Assembly (NCBI GenBank): GCA_963727805.1
Contig: CAVSHF010000003.1
Span: forward strand, 896,001-960,000
Origin: an uncultured Nitrospiraceae bacterium
GTDB taxonomy: Bacteria; Nitrospirota; Thermodesulfovibrionia; Thermodesulfovibrionales; Dissulfurispiraceae
Direction of reading: 5' to 3'
Length of the DNA stretch: 64,000 nt
The notes under the pieces were generated by a model. That model did not search any database, was not told the DNA's origin, and saw only the letters and a program-made list of their open reading frames with translations. Position numbers and translations under genes: made by a program. This document shows, in pieces, positions 9,092 through 18,375 of the stretch. Each line of letters opens with the position of its first letter. The first letter of the stretch is position 1.

Positions 9092-11015
9092 ATATTGGCC
9101 GATCTACGAGACTCGCTTCGTATTCGTTATGAAGATATCGGAGAAAGGCGTCTGTTACTTCGCTATCGTAGTGTTTGTCTCTCTGCTCCTCAAGCAGTTT
9201 GACTGCTTTTTCAAAAGGAATCGGCTCACGGTAATGTCTCTTGGCTGTTACCGCTTCAAAGAAATCTGCTACAGCTATAATACGCGCTCCTAATGGAATC
9301 TCATCACCCTTAAGCCCTCTTGGATATCCAGAACCATCAATCTTTTCGTGATGAGCACCAGCTATTTCAGGGACATCCTTGTAAAGCCCTTCAAAGCCGA
9401 TCCGTCTCAATATTACCATGGTTTTTTCGGCATGAGTTTGAATCTCTTTATACTCCAGGGGAGAAAGAGGCCCCGTTTTCTTCAGGATTACATCGTCGAT
9501 TCCAATCTTGCCGTAATCATGAAGCAGAGATGCTACGCGTATCGTTTCTGTCATGTCGGCTGGGATATTCATTTCTCTACAAATACCCATAGCGAAGACC
9601 GTTACCTTTTCAGAGTGACCGGCCGTGAGAAAGTCCCTGGCGTCGATAGACGCAGCCAGTGTTGCCAGAATATCATGGAACTGTTTTTTTCGTGCCACAT
9701 TTAGGGAATAATTATGCATTGCTATGGCGATTTCAGGACATATCCCCATAAGGAGATTCAGGTCGCTTTGCAATAATGGACGATTGGTCGTCACATTGTC
9801 GACCGCGAGAACTCCTATGCTTTCCTCTTCGTAGATAATTGGACAGCAGCAGAAAGCCTTTGTTCCCATGGCCTTCGCAAAGGCAAGACTACGATCTGAA
9901 AGGGTTTGAGCAATTTCACCGATGTCATTAATCAAAAAAGGCTTCTGATCGTAGAATGCACGGACAAAAACGCCCGTGGAGGATTTATTAAGTTGAAAGC
10001 TCGCATCCTTAAGCGAATTAATCTGTTCATCCTGATACCCAAATCCTGCGCTGAATATCAGCTGAGTTTTGTCATCATTAGCAAGCATGATCATGCCTCG
10101 CTCGTAATCAAGACGATTCGAAAGTATGTGTACGACCTTATCCAAAATATCCGTAGTTGACTGCTGCTTGCTCAGTGCTAATCCTATTTCGTTAACAACT
10201 AAAGCATTATTATAATTCACTTTAATTTGTTCCATTAGCTGGTCCTGTGAACCTCTGATATGATCGAGTGCCGTTAATAGTTCGTCGTGCTCCAAACTCA
10301 TTACATTCATATTCAAAAGCAGGATGATACCAAAGGCAATCGGCACTAGCGTCATTAGCGTGAACGCGGGATAGGAAAGACTGCTCAAGAAGCAAGCAGT
10401 CGCGAGGAGAAGCGTTGCTGCATTCCGATATTTCTTCCTGCTATCGGACTGCACCTCTGTCCATGATATTTCGTACTTGCAAACAGCATCCCCCTTGAAC
10501 ATACATTGCGGATGTTCTATTTTTGGCATCTTATGTCCGAAAGCCATAGTTATTGCCTCGAAGTAACCAAGGCGATTTTCACACTGGAAAGGCCGTTCCT
10601 GGTATTCAGCTTTTGGAGTAACCGTTATTTCGACAATATTGGGTGCAATCCGCTTTGCCTGACACGTAGCGCTTCTTACAAACTGCGGCATCCATTTGCC
10701 GACGAGCTCATAAGCCCTTGCGGGACCGACAAGGCCAAGGATATAAGGCCGGAGAACTCCTACTGCATCTGGAGAATTTCCATAACGACCAGCCTCTCTT
10801 GCGATGTTGTCATTACCCGAAAGCTTTACGAGTCGGTCATAAAATCGATCTATCTGCTCCTGTGTAAACCAGTGCCCTTCATCATTGACCTGGTAAGGTT
10901 CCATCCCCGCATAGTGAAGCAATTCTCCGATGTCTATGTAGGTGTATTTATTCTTTATGAATTTGACATAAGTATTTATGATCCGACTATTGTAGATGCC
11001 CAGATTATCTGTCAT
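9060..11015 (-). CDS. HD-GYP cyclic-dinucleotide phosphodiesterase with N-terminal V4R/H-NOX-like domain, TM hairpin and GAF
   Basis: GHSEKV, HDYGK, HHEKIDGSGYP; CENRLG...EHPQCMFKGDAVC V4R-type Cys pattern; GAF CPIIYEEESIGVLAVDN. Confidence 0.9.
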   Translation of the reverse strand: MTDNLGIYNSRIINTYVKFIKNKYTYIDIGELLHYAGMEPYQVNDEGHWFTQEQIDRFYDRLVKLSGNDNIAREAGRYGNSPDAVGVLRPYILGLVGPARAYELVGKWMPQFVRSATCQAKRIAPNIVEITVTPKAEYQERPFQCENRLGYFEAITMAFGHKMPKIEHPQCMFKGDAVCKYEISWTEVQSDSRKKYRNAATLLLATACFLSSLSYPAFTLMTLVPIAFGIILLLNMNVMSLEHDELLTALDHIRGSQDQLMEQIKVNYNNALVVNEIGLALSKQQSTTDILDKVVHILSNRLDYERGMIMLANDDKTQLIFSAGFGYQDEQINSLKDASFQLNKSSTGVFVRAFYDQKPFLINDIGEIAQTLSDRSLAFAKAMGTKAFCCCPIIYEEESIGVLAVDNVTTNRPLLQSDLNLLMGICPEIAIAMHNYSLNVARKKQFHDILATLAASIDARDFLTAGHSEKVTVFAMGICREMNIPADMTETIRVASLLHDYGKIGIDDVILKKTGPLSPLEYKEIQTHAEKTMVILRRIGFEGLYKDVPEIAGAHHEKIDGSGYPRGLKGDEIPLGARIIAVADFFEAVTAKRHYREPIPFEKAVKLLEEQRDKHYDSEVTDAFLRYLHNEYEASLVDRPISIPDVYPGNK

Positions 11016-11036
11016 TAAATGGCCTCAATAGTACCA

Positions 11037-13097
11037 TTATTCATCATTGTGATGCCTCTGGCCTAATATACTCTCCATATACTTGATAAATGGTTCTGTC
11101 CCCTCCGCAGTAGTTATAGCCCATAAGTTATATATCTTTTCAAAAGGTATCGATTTTTGCATGGCATAATTGGCAGGGAAAATCATCACAGGCACATCGT
11201 TTTCAACATAAAAATGAGCGAGTTCAGAAAGCGCTGAATATAAGAGCTTGACGTCAAGACTTTCGAGCATAACAAACACTTTAATGCAGTTGGTCACATT
11301 GGACATGTTCAAGCCTGTATCGGTCACAGTGACAGCTATCAGTGCTTGTAGGCATCCGTCGACTCGTATGGAAAAGAGATGCCGTTCTCGCTTAAACCCC
11401 ACCTCACGGTATTGATCATTCAAGCCCTCAGCCTCAAGTGTATCGGGTGTGATATCAAGTGCATGCACCATAAGTCCACAATATTTATGCTCATAGAAGC
11501 GCTGGAATTCTATGATGTCAGAGGCTTGAGCTGTAGCCAACTCCCCGACCGTCTTGATCGGAAATCCTGGTTTCAACATATGGAAAAAAGCAAAAGGATC
11601 GATAGAGCAACATCTGGGATTGTTCAATAACTCCTTGAAACCGCCGAAGATTCTGTGCGGGAATCTGTTCTCAGGACGGTAATAAGATATAACGTAATGC
11701 ATGTGACTGGAGTTAAGTAAATAGAAGTTGTTCACATATTGACTTATCTGATTCAGGACGGCCAATCCGGCTTTTAGGCCATTCGACTTAGCCGCATGGT
11801 GGTGGAATAGCCATGTATTCTCATAAGCGCGAAGCATGGCTATGTGTCCGAGTATCTCGCCTCGATCCTGATACGTGAAATGCCGTGCGATGCTAGGACC
11901 GTCAATATATAGTTTTTTATACGTCTGTTTAAAAGATTCTTTGTGTTCGTGCATACTTGCGTATTTCTCGGGATAAATAAAGCCCACTTCGAAAAAAAAT
12001 TGCCATAGTGAATCTAGATCCACCTTGTTGCATGTAAACGCCCTTTTGTCTTGCATCTGTTGTAGGAGCGAGGAAAGGCAAACCTGGTCCTGCATGTCAA
12101 TATCCAAAAAGGCTATACCCGTCTTTACAGAGGCTTTTTCTTCATTGTCACTGATCAAAGATCTATGGACAACCTGAACCCGACAGCGTAGCGTCAGGTT
12201 GTTGGCGAGTTCGATTTTTAATTCTGGTATCACAAGACCAACCATGAGAACCGAACTGTCGTAATACTCCTTGACACTGAATCCAGACCCCGATATTCCA
12301 TCGACACAAAGATTTATCATTTTCCCGGTAAGCGGATGAGTAAAATATATACTTGGTGCAGGCTGCGGGAGGTATCGGGGGCTTCTACTAGTCTTCGACC
12401 GAAAGCGAGGGTGGTTAGAGGCTAATGGTCTCAATATAAGGCGTCTCTGAAGAGTTTCCGCTGTTTGCCGCACTATCATGCAGTCGCCGGAATAAAGTAT
12501 ATCCTTATCATTCTTAAGTATGGTATAGATTTTGTCCTTATCGTTAATCCAGAGAAAAGATTGAGGAGGCGCCGGGCTGACTTCAACACAGAATGTTTCG
12601 GCGCTGAAATCGATGAGTGTCCCCTTAAACAACCCGCTGCTCTGTAATAGCTCAACTGTGACGCCAGTACAAGGATGCCTCTTCACATTGCGCGAACTGA
12701 TTTCGACCCCTTTTTCCGGCAAAATAAAACTTGCCCCCTCGTTAGATATATTTTGAGGTTCGGCAGGGATTGAAATAAACTTCAAACCGTCTGTCACCAG
12801 AAGTTCGACAAAATAGTAGGATCTCCTATCGCGTTGAACATTGCCGGGGGATACCCAAACGCAGCTGACTATATCATCAATGCACGGCAGAGGTTGCGCT
12901 TGGACAGTTATAACGGTATCGAATCTGATATGTCTGAATATTGCAAGAATCATGCCGTCTTGGAAGTGGATATAATTGAGGATATTGGTGAGTTGTTTTT
13001 TGAGGATATCTTTCCCCTCGAGCCTATGGCCGCATTTAAAGCGTCCATCGATTGCATCAAACTTGTCCAAGGCCCCTCCAGACACAAATCTTAACAA
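11037..13097 (-). CDS. PilZ-domain-containing protein (two PilZ-like units plus a C-terminal possible acyltransferase/GNAT-like domain)
   Basis: RNVKRH...DFSAETF and RSPRY...GISGSGF PilZ-like motifs; the C-terminal fold call is inference. Confidence 0.7.
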   Translation of the reverse strand: MLRFVSGGALDKFDAIDGRFKCGHRLEGKDILKKQLTNILNYIHFQDGMILAIFRHIRFDTVITVQAQPLPCIDDIVSCVWVSPGNVQRDRRSYYFVELLVTDGLKFISIPAEPQNISNEGASFILPEKGVEISSRNVKRHPCTGVTVELLQSSGLFKGTLIDFSAETFCVEVSPAPPQSFLWINDKDKIYTILKNDKDILYSGDCMIVRQTAETLQRRLILRPLASNHPRFRSKTSRSPRYLPQPAPSIYFTHPLTGKMINLCVDGISGSGFSVKEYYDSSVLMVGLVIPELKIELANNLTLRCRVQVVHRSLISDNEEKASVKTGIAFLDIDMQDQVCLSSLLQQMQDKRAFTCNKVDLDSLWQFFFEVGFIYPEKYASMHEHKESFKQTYKKLYIDGPSIARHFTYQDRGEILGHIAMLRAYENTWLFHHHAAKSNGLKAGLAVLNQISQYVNNFYLLNSSHMHYVISYYRPENRFPHRIFGGFKELLNNPRCCSIDPFAFFHMLKPGFPIKTVGELATAQASDIIEFQRFYEHKYCGLMVHALDITPDTLEAEGLNDQYREVGFKRERHLFSIRVDGCLQALIAVTVTDTGLNMSNVTNCIKVFVMLESLDVKLLYSALSELAHFYVENDVPVMIFPANYAMQKSIPFEKIYNLWAITTAEGTEPFIKYMESILGQRHHNDE

Positions 13098-13175
13098 GCA
13101 ATCGCGGTCATTCTGCTAACAAAGAATCGCGTAAGCTGCCTTTTATTTTAGGGGAAGGGGGTAGTTAAGTCAACA

Positions 13176-13199
13176 TTATGTACGTTGTTATGTACGTTG
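13176..13199. repeat. 12-bp tandem duplication (TTATGTACGTTG)x2
   Basis: Read directly; 6 bp from the IS605 right end. Confidence 0.85.
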
Positions 13200-13205
13200 T
13201 ATGCT

Positions 13206-13422
13206 TTGATGTTCTCCCCGGCCTGAAGGCCGTGAATTCCCGACTCATGCAGTAAGTCGACACCTTAGTTCGTGTTTCTTCGAGTGGCCTGACGTGCCAT
13301 CTCTCCGCATGCTAACGGGACGCGTCCCATCCCTAGAATATTATTTGCGGCATGCACATCCGCATGCTCTTTGCTTCCGCATGCTTGACTGCGGTGTACT
13401 GCCTGCAATGGCCGAGTTATCC
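13206..13422 (-). mobile_element. tnpB: IS200/IS605 relic, copy 2: 3' fragment of tnpB plus right end/reRNA
   Basis: Minus strand translates RPLQAVHRSQACGSKEHADVHAANNILGMGRVPLACGE (TnpB Zn-finger tail + RuvC-III), then CGGCC-TTCA-GGCCG hairpin and terminal TCAA. Confidence 0.85.
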
Positions 13423-13612
13423 TACTAAATCTGCCTTATTCTCTCACGTTTTCGGCTGCTTTAACGTAATCCTTAAAGTTAATTGTAAACGTCTCTCCAC
13501 ACCACATCGCGTCTTTGGCGTTGATAAGTATGTTTTTTTTAACTCGGTCGTTAGTGCAGGGTCTTCCATAAAACAACTGTTGCGGGTTTTAATCGGTATT
13601 GATTACATACAT

Positions 13613-13816
13613 CTATTTCATGTCCATAGTGTAATACAAGCTATCCTCCCATATAACCAATTTCTGTTCACTCATCCTGATGGACATCAGTTTAATCCGC
13701 TTGCCCTGCTCATTGCACAGGGTATAGGCCCCTAATATCTTCGTAGTGTAGCCCTTCTCCATGGCGTATTTTTCGAATATCTTCCACGCATCGCTTAATG
13801 ATATGACCATTTTCAT
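13613..13816 (-). CDS. Small hypothetical protein (67 aa)
   Basis: ORF with AAGGGGG RBS-like motif; no recognised domain. Confidence 0.5.
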   Translation of the reverse strand: MKMVISLSDAWKIFEKYAMEKGYTTKILGAYTLCNEQGKRIKLMSIRMSEQKLVIWEDSLYYTMDMK

Positions 13817-14296
13817 TGATTCCCCCTTTCAGAAAAACCTCGCAAAAACAGTAACAGTATTTGAGCTAACCCTTTTGGCGATTATTGAACGCGGACGCCC
13901 ATGAATGCACCAAATGATGTGCTGCATATGTGTTGTGCTAGCCTATAGCAGGTTTATTAAGTTTCAATTAAGAATTAATTAAATTATCTTCATTTTCACC
14001 TTAAACATGCGGATTTATATCTGGAACATTGCATGAAGCTGTATTGACCGTAGACCGTAGAATGATATCAGGAAGTAGTTACTTGCAATTTTTTAATTTG
14101 GAACCAACTTTGCCCCATCCCGAGGGTGGTAGTTTTCTGTTACAAGGGTTCAGGCAAACACCGAAACGAATGCATGAATACTGCCGCAATAGATCTCCCG
14201 AATGAATCCAGGATCGTTGTCTAAAATTATGCGGTATATACAAAAGTCATAAAAGTCGCTATATTGATATGAAATAGCTCATAACACGGAGGTAAG

Positions 14297-14524
14297 ATGG
14301 CAATAAAGAAAAAGATATCGACTGCAAAGGAAGCAAAGGAGACCAAGCCCAAAAAGCTTGTGAAAAAGACATCACCGAAGAAGCAGAAAGATCTCAAAGC
14401 GGGTGGCCATTACCAATGTGGCGTCTGCGGCCTTGCCGTAACCGTCAACGAGGTGTGCGGGTGCGTCGATTTTTGTGACATAATCTGTTGCGGCGAACAG
14501 ATGAAGTCTTTGAAGCACAAATAA
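14297..14524 (+). CDS. Small Lys-rich/Cys-rich protein (desulforedoxin-like CxxC...CCG motif)
   Basis: GGAGG RBS; YQCGVCG...CGCVDFCDIICCGEQM. Confidence 0.75.
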   Translation: MAIKKKISTAKEAKETKPKKLVKKTSPKKQKDLKAGGHYQCGVCGLAVTVNEVCGCVDFCDIICCGEQMKSLKHK

Positions 14525-14538
14525 AAGGAGGAGGGAAG

Positions 14539-14910
14539 ATGAAACAATCGACAGTTACTCTTTTGGCAGTTTTTGTTGCTGTGGCTATCGCAGTGGTTGC
14601 CTTCGCGGCGTCAAATGGCGTAATGGACGTTAAGCCAGGAGATGAGATTTATGTTTGTGCATGCGGTGAGACCTGTCCCTGCGATACTATGTCGAGGAAT
14701 CCCGGCAAATGCAGCTGTGGGAAGGATATGGTAAAAGTAACCGTCACGAAAGTCGAAAATGGTATGGTCTATGTTGACGGTGGGAAAAAAGTCTACAAGC
14801 AGAAGGGAAAATATACATGCGCATGCGGTGATCAGTGCAAATGTGACACGATCAGCCAAAACCCTGGCAAGTGCAGCTGTGGGAAAGATATGGTCCCTGC
14901 AAAGCCATAG
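14539..14910 (+). CDS. Secreted Cys-rich protein with two heavy-metal-binding-like repeats
   Basis: AGGAGG RBS, signal peptide, two YxCACGxxCxCDTxSxNPGKCSCGKDMV repeats. Confidence 0.8.
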   Translation: MKQSTVTLLAVFVAVAIAVVAFAASNGVMDVKPGDEIYVCACGETCPCDTMSRNPGKCSCGKDMVKVTVTKVENGMVYVDGGKKVYKQKGKYTCACGDQCKCDTISQNPGKCSCGKDMVPAKP

Positions 14911-14924
14911 AAAGTTTTTTGCGG

Positions 14925-14955
14925 AGGAGGCTGGCTTCTGCCCAGCCTCCTTTTT
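14925..14955 (+). terminator. Rho-independent terminator
   Basis: AGGAGGCTGG/CCAGCCTCCT stem followed by T-run. Confidence 0.85.
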
Positions 14956-15237
14956 ATCTGCTGCACTGAGACAATTGCTTCAATCCCCTTCGATGAACAT
15001 CTGCATACTGCTGAATAATAGAGTATGATTGGAAGATTTCAGTATTGAACTTAAAAGACTCGGCGCCTGAAAGGATATTTAACCGCGACAGGACATTAGG
15101 TCCACGTTCCGGGTCTGGCACGCCTTGATTACTGCATTTGAAATTCATTCTGCGCTCGGGAAATCTGTCTCCTCCTTGATACCGAAATGATATGGTAAAA
15201 CGTGCGCAAAGTCGCTGCATTACTAGCCTTAGATACT

Positions 15238-16248
15238 TCAGCTGCCAATCAAGTCGACTACCACTCGTCCAACTATTTTCCCGGTAAGCATCATTTTGAT
15301 TTTTTCCTCAAGTCCGTCAAGACTGCAATTCACAACGGCCTCTGAAAGGCGCTGCGGTTTCCAGGCATTCGCAAGTCTCCGCCAGACCTCCATCCGCAGA
15401 TCATAAGGACACTGTGCAGAGTCGATACCGATCAGGCTAACTCCACGGAGAATAAAAGGGTATACGTTTAGCGGCAGGTCGGGCGAGCCCGCCATCCCGC
15501 AGCAGGCGACCACACCACCGTACCTCATGCTCTTCAGCACAGCAGCTAGAGTAAGCCCGCCCACCACATCAATAGCGGCAGCCCAACGTTCTGATAAGAG
15601 TGCCTTTTCGGCTCCGGCTGTTAATTGTTCACGGTTGATAATAGCTGTAGCGCCGAGGCTTTTTAAATAATCAGCATGTTCCATCTTGCCAGTAGCTGCA
15701 ATTACCCTGTACCCTTCAGCCGCAAGGATGGAGACGGCAATGCTACCGACTCCGCCAGTCGCTCCTGTTACAAGGATTTCACCATCACTCGGTTTGAGCC
15801 CTGCCCTCTTGATTTTCAAAACCGAAAGGGCAGCTGTTAATCCGGCCGTGCCCAGTGCCATGCTCTCCCATAGTGTGAGTCCATCAGGAAGCCGGACAGC
15901 CCACTTGACAGGAATCTGGATATATTGCCCCCAGCCGCCAGCGGTATTCATGCCCAGGTCATTGCCAGTTACGATAACCTTTTCACCTTGTGCAAAGGTT
16001 CCGTCGCGGCAAAGGCTTACTTCGCCTGCAGCATCTATCCCCGGTGTATGTGGAAACTTTCGTGTCACTCCTGGATGCCCGCTGGCTGAAAGGGCGTCCT
16101 TGTAATTTAGTGATGAGTAATGAACCCGCACGACTAGATCACCAGAAGGCAGATCATCCAGCGTTTGTTCACGAATCTCTCGGATTACCTGATTGGTTGC
16201 GGTTTTGTTCACTATAAACGATTTAAAAGCAACCTTTTCGTTTATCAT
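15238..16248 (-). CDS. acuI: YhdH/YhfP (AcuI-like) NADPH quinone oxidoreductase / acryloyl-CoA reductase, MDR family
   Basis: YSSLNYKDAL, PGIDAAG, GTAGLTAALS, VTGATGGVGS, PFILRGVSLIGIDS; ATG 16248 preferred over track start 16314. Confidence 0.88.
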   Translation of the reverse strand: MINEKVAFKSFIVNKTATNQVIREIREQTLDDLPSGDLVVRVHYSSLNYKDALSASGHPGVTRKFPHTPGIDAAGEVSLCRDGTFAQGEKVIVTGNDLGMNTAGGWGQYIQIPVKWAVRLPDGLTLWESMALGTAGLTAALSVLKIKRAGLKPSDGEILVTGATGGVGSIAVSILAAEGYRVIAATGKMEHADYLKSLGATAIINREQLTAGAEKALLSERWAAAIDVVGGLTLAAVLKSMRYGGVVACCGMAGSPDLPLNVYPFILRGVSLIGIDSAQCPYDLRMEVWRRLANAWKPQRLSEAVVNCSLDGLEEKIKMMLTGKIVGRVVVDLIGS

Positions 16249-16765
16249 ATAAAGACCTTGAACACCGAGATTCCCAAATTCTTTATGCTTGTACAAATGA
16301 GCATACGTCGACACCTCGAGATCTCATAAGCTTTGTTAGTAACCACCTGTAGCTTATGGGATCAGACCATTGTTCACCGTTCCAACGCATCCTATATGTT
16401 ACATCATTTCAATTTTGAGATAATTAGTTATATTGCGAATAATACCTCAAGGAGATGGCTCTTAGGCCATCGTAATCAGCCCTCCGCTTATTAACTTATA
16501 GCATTAGACTGGTCTGCTCCAGATCATTTTACCACAGTCGAAGTCATACAGAGCGACTCGCTATAATCATTAAATAATCAACAGGTTACATCATGCTCGG
16601 TAAGAGCATGCTTATCCTGGATACTATATTCTCATTTTTTACATGTCCTATATATGCATTGCGATAAAAGATGGATTTGCATATTGCCTGTTGCACTAAA
16701 CATTACTTACCGAAAGCCTCTTGTGGGATCCAGCACCTTCTTCAAGATCAATCAAGAGTTGTAGC

Positions 16766-16792
16766 TAAAGTTAAGCGCAAACGTGCCGACAA
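16766..16792 (+). promoter_or_regulatory. Sigma-28-type promoter of the hemerythrin gene
   Basis: TAAA(GTT)-N15-GCCGACAA. Confidence 0.65.
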
Positions 16793-16961
16793 TATATAAA
16801 TAGGGACAGTAGGTTCCTATGGCAGGACTTTTTGAATTCTTTATCACGGAGGAGTTATGGCATTAATAGTTTGGTCAAATGATTTGAGTGTTAACATGAA
16901 GTTCCCCCGAAATGACGGACACCCCGAAAGGTTAGGTACAATATAACCTTGGAGGTGTCAA

Positions 16962-17264
16962 ATGCAGGAACGTGGTGGAAGAAGGAAGTACGACAAGCAG
17001 TTCAAGGAAGAAGCAGTCAAGCTTGTAACAGAGGGTGGCAGGACAGTAGCTGATGTAGCCCGGAGTCTTGGGATACATGAGAATCTGTTACACACATGGA
17101 AACGACAGCTCAAGGACGATCCAGCTGGCAGTTTTCCTGGCAAGGGGCATCAGAAGTCCCAGGATGAAGAGCTACGCAGACTGCAGAAAGAGAACGCCAG
17201 TCTGAAAGAGGATAAAGAAATCCTAAAAAAAGCGTTGGCCATCTTCTCAAAACACCCCAAATGA
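16962..17264 (+). CDS. IS3 transposase OrfA (HTH)
   Basis: RRKYDKQFKEEAVKL...VARSLGI; A7G slippery site at 17225-17232. Confidence 0.93.
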   Translation: MQERGGRRKYDKQFKEEAVKLVTEGGRTVADVARSLGIHENLLHTWKRQLKDDPAGSFPGKGHQKSQDEELRRLQKENASLKEDKEILKKALAIFSKHPK

Positions 17265-18124
17265 AATACTGGTTTATGGACCAGCATAGCTCCTCGCATG
17301 GGGTGCAGAAGATGTGCCGGGAAATAAGAGCATCAAGGAGCGGATATTACAGGTGGAAGAAAGAGCCTCAGAGCAAAAGGCAGAAGGAAAACGAGAAGAT
17401 ACTTTTGGGAATAAGAGAATCGCATAAGAACAGTGGCAAGGCCTATGGGAGTCCACGGATAACCGATGATCTGCGTGACAACGGGGCAAAATGTGGAGAA
17501 AACCGAGTGGCGCGCATTATGAGAGCTAATGGGATAGTCGGCAAAGCAAAGAAGAAATTCAAGGCGACGACGAACTCCAAGCATAATCTGCCGGTTGCGG
17601 AGAATCTTCTAGAGCAAAACTTTATGGCAGAGAGACCCAATACAAAATGGGTCGCGGATATAACTTATGTTTGGACAATGGAAGGCTGGTTATATCTGGC
17701 GGTGGTATTGGATCTTTATTCCCGTCAGGTTGTGGGATGGGCCATGAGTGATCGTCTAAAGTCAGGCTTTGTTATAGAAGCTTTGAGGCAGGCGGTAGGT
17801 CGTCGCGGTCCAGATCCAGGCTGTATATTTCATTCAGACAGAGGCGTTCAGTACGCTTGTGAGGATTTCAGAGCCGAATTAAAGGCATATGGTTTTATCC
17901 AGAGCATGAGCAGGAAGGGCAATTGTTATGACAATGCTGTTGCCGAGAGCTTCTTCCATACGCTAAAGACAGAGCATGTATATGATTACAGATATGAAAC
18001 ACGGGCAGAGGCACGGCAGAGTATTTTTGTATGGATCGAAATGGTCTATAATCGGAGGAGGAAGCATTCAGCACTTGGGAACCTTTCGCCGGTATCCTTT
18101 GAGCTGATGGCTTTAGCAGCCTAA
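17261..18124 (+). CDS. IS3 transposase OrfB (DDE integrase core)
   Basis: WVADITY, HSDRGVQY, DNAVAESFFHTLK; -1 frame relative to OrfA, ATGA overlap. Confidence 0.95.
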   Translation: MKYWFMDQHSSSHGVQKMCREIRASRSGYYRWKKEPQSKRQKENEKILLGIRESHKNSGKAYGSPRITDDLRDNGAKCGENRVARIMRANGIVGKAKKKFKATTNSKHNLPVAENLLEQNFMAERPNTKWVADITYVWTMEGWLYLAVVLDLYSRQVVGWAMSDRLKSGFVIEALRQAVGRRGPDPGCIFHSDRGVQYACEDFRAELKAYGFIQSMSRKGNCYDNAVAESFFHTLKTEHVYDYRYETRAEARQSIFVWIEMVYNRRRKHSALGNLSPVSFELMALAA

Positions 18125-18375
18125 CTTAACTGGGTGTCCGAAATATCGGGGGAAGACCAACATCCATTCTATTGACGAGCAACACAGAAAACTTGTGGCA
18201 CTTGTGAATAATCTTAACGATGCTATGAGTTCTGGAAAAGGGCAGCAGATCATGGGCAAAATCCTTGATGATTTGGTTGCTTATACCAAGACACATTTTG
18301 CAACTGAAGAGCGGCTTATGACAACCCATACGTACCCCGGATACCTACTCCATAAGAAAGAGCATGACAATTTAA

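Larger units (their letters stand above)
16897..18159 (+). mobile_element. IS3-family insertion sequence (1263 bp), 3-bp TSD ACA
   Basis: TG...CA ends, 28-bp imperfect TIRs (22/28), ACA at 16894-16896 and 18160-18162. Confidence 0.95.
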
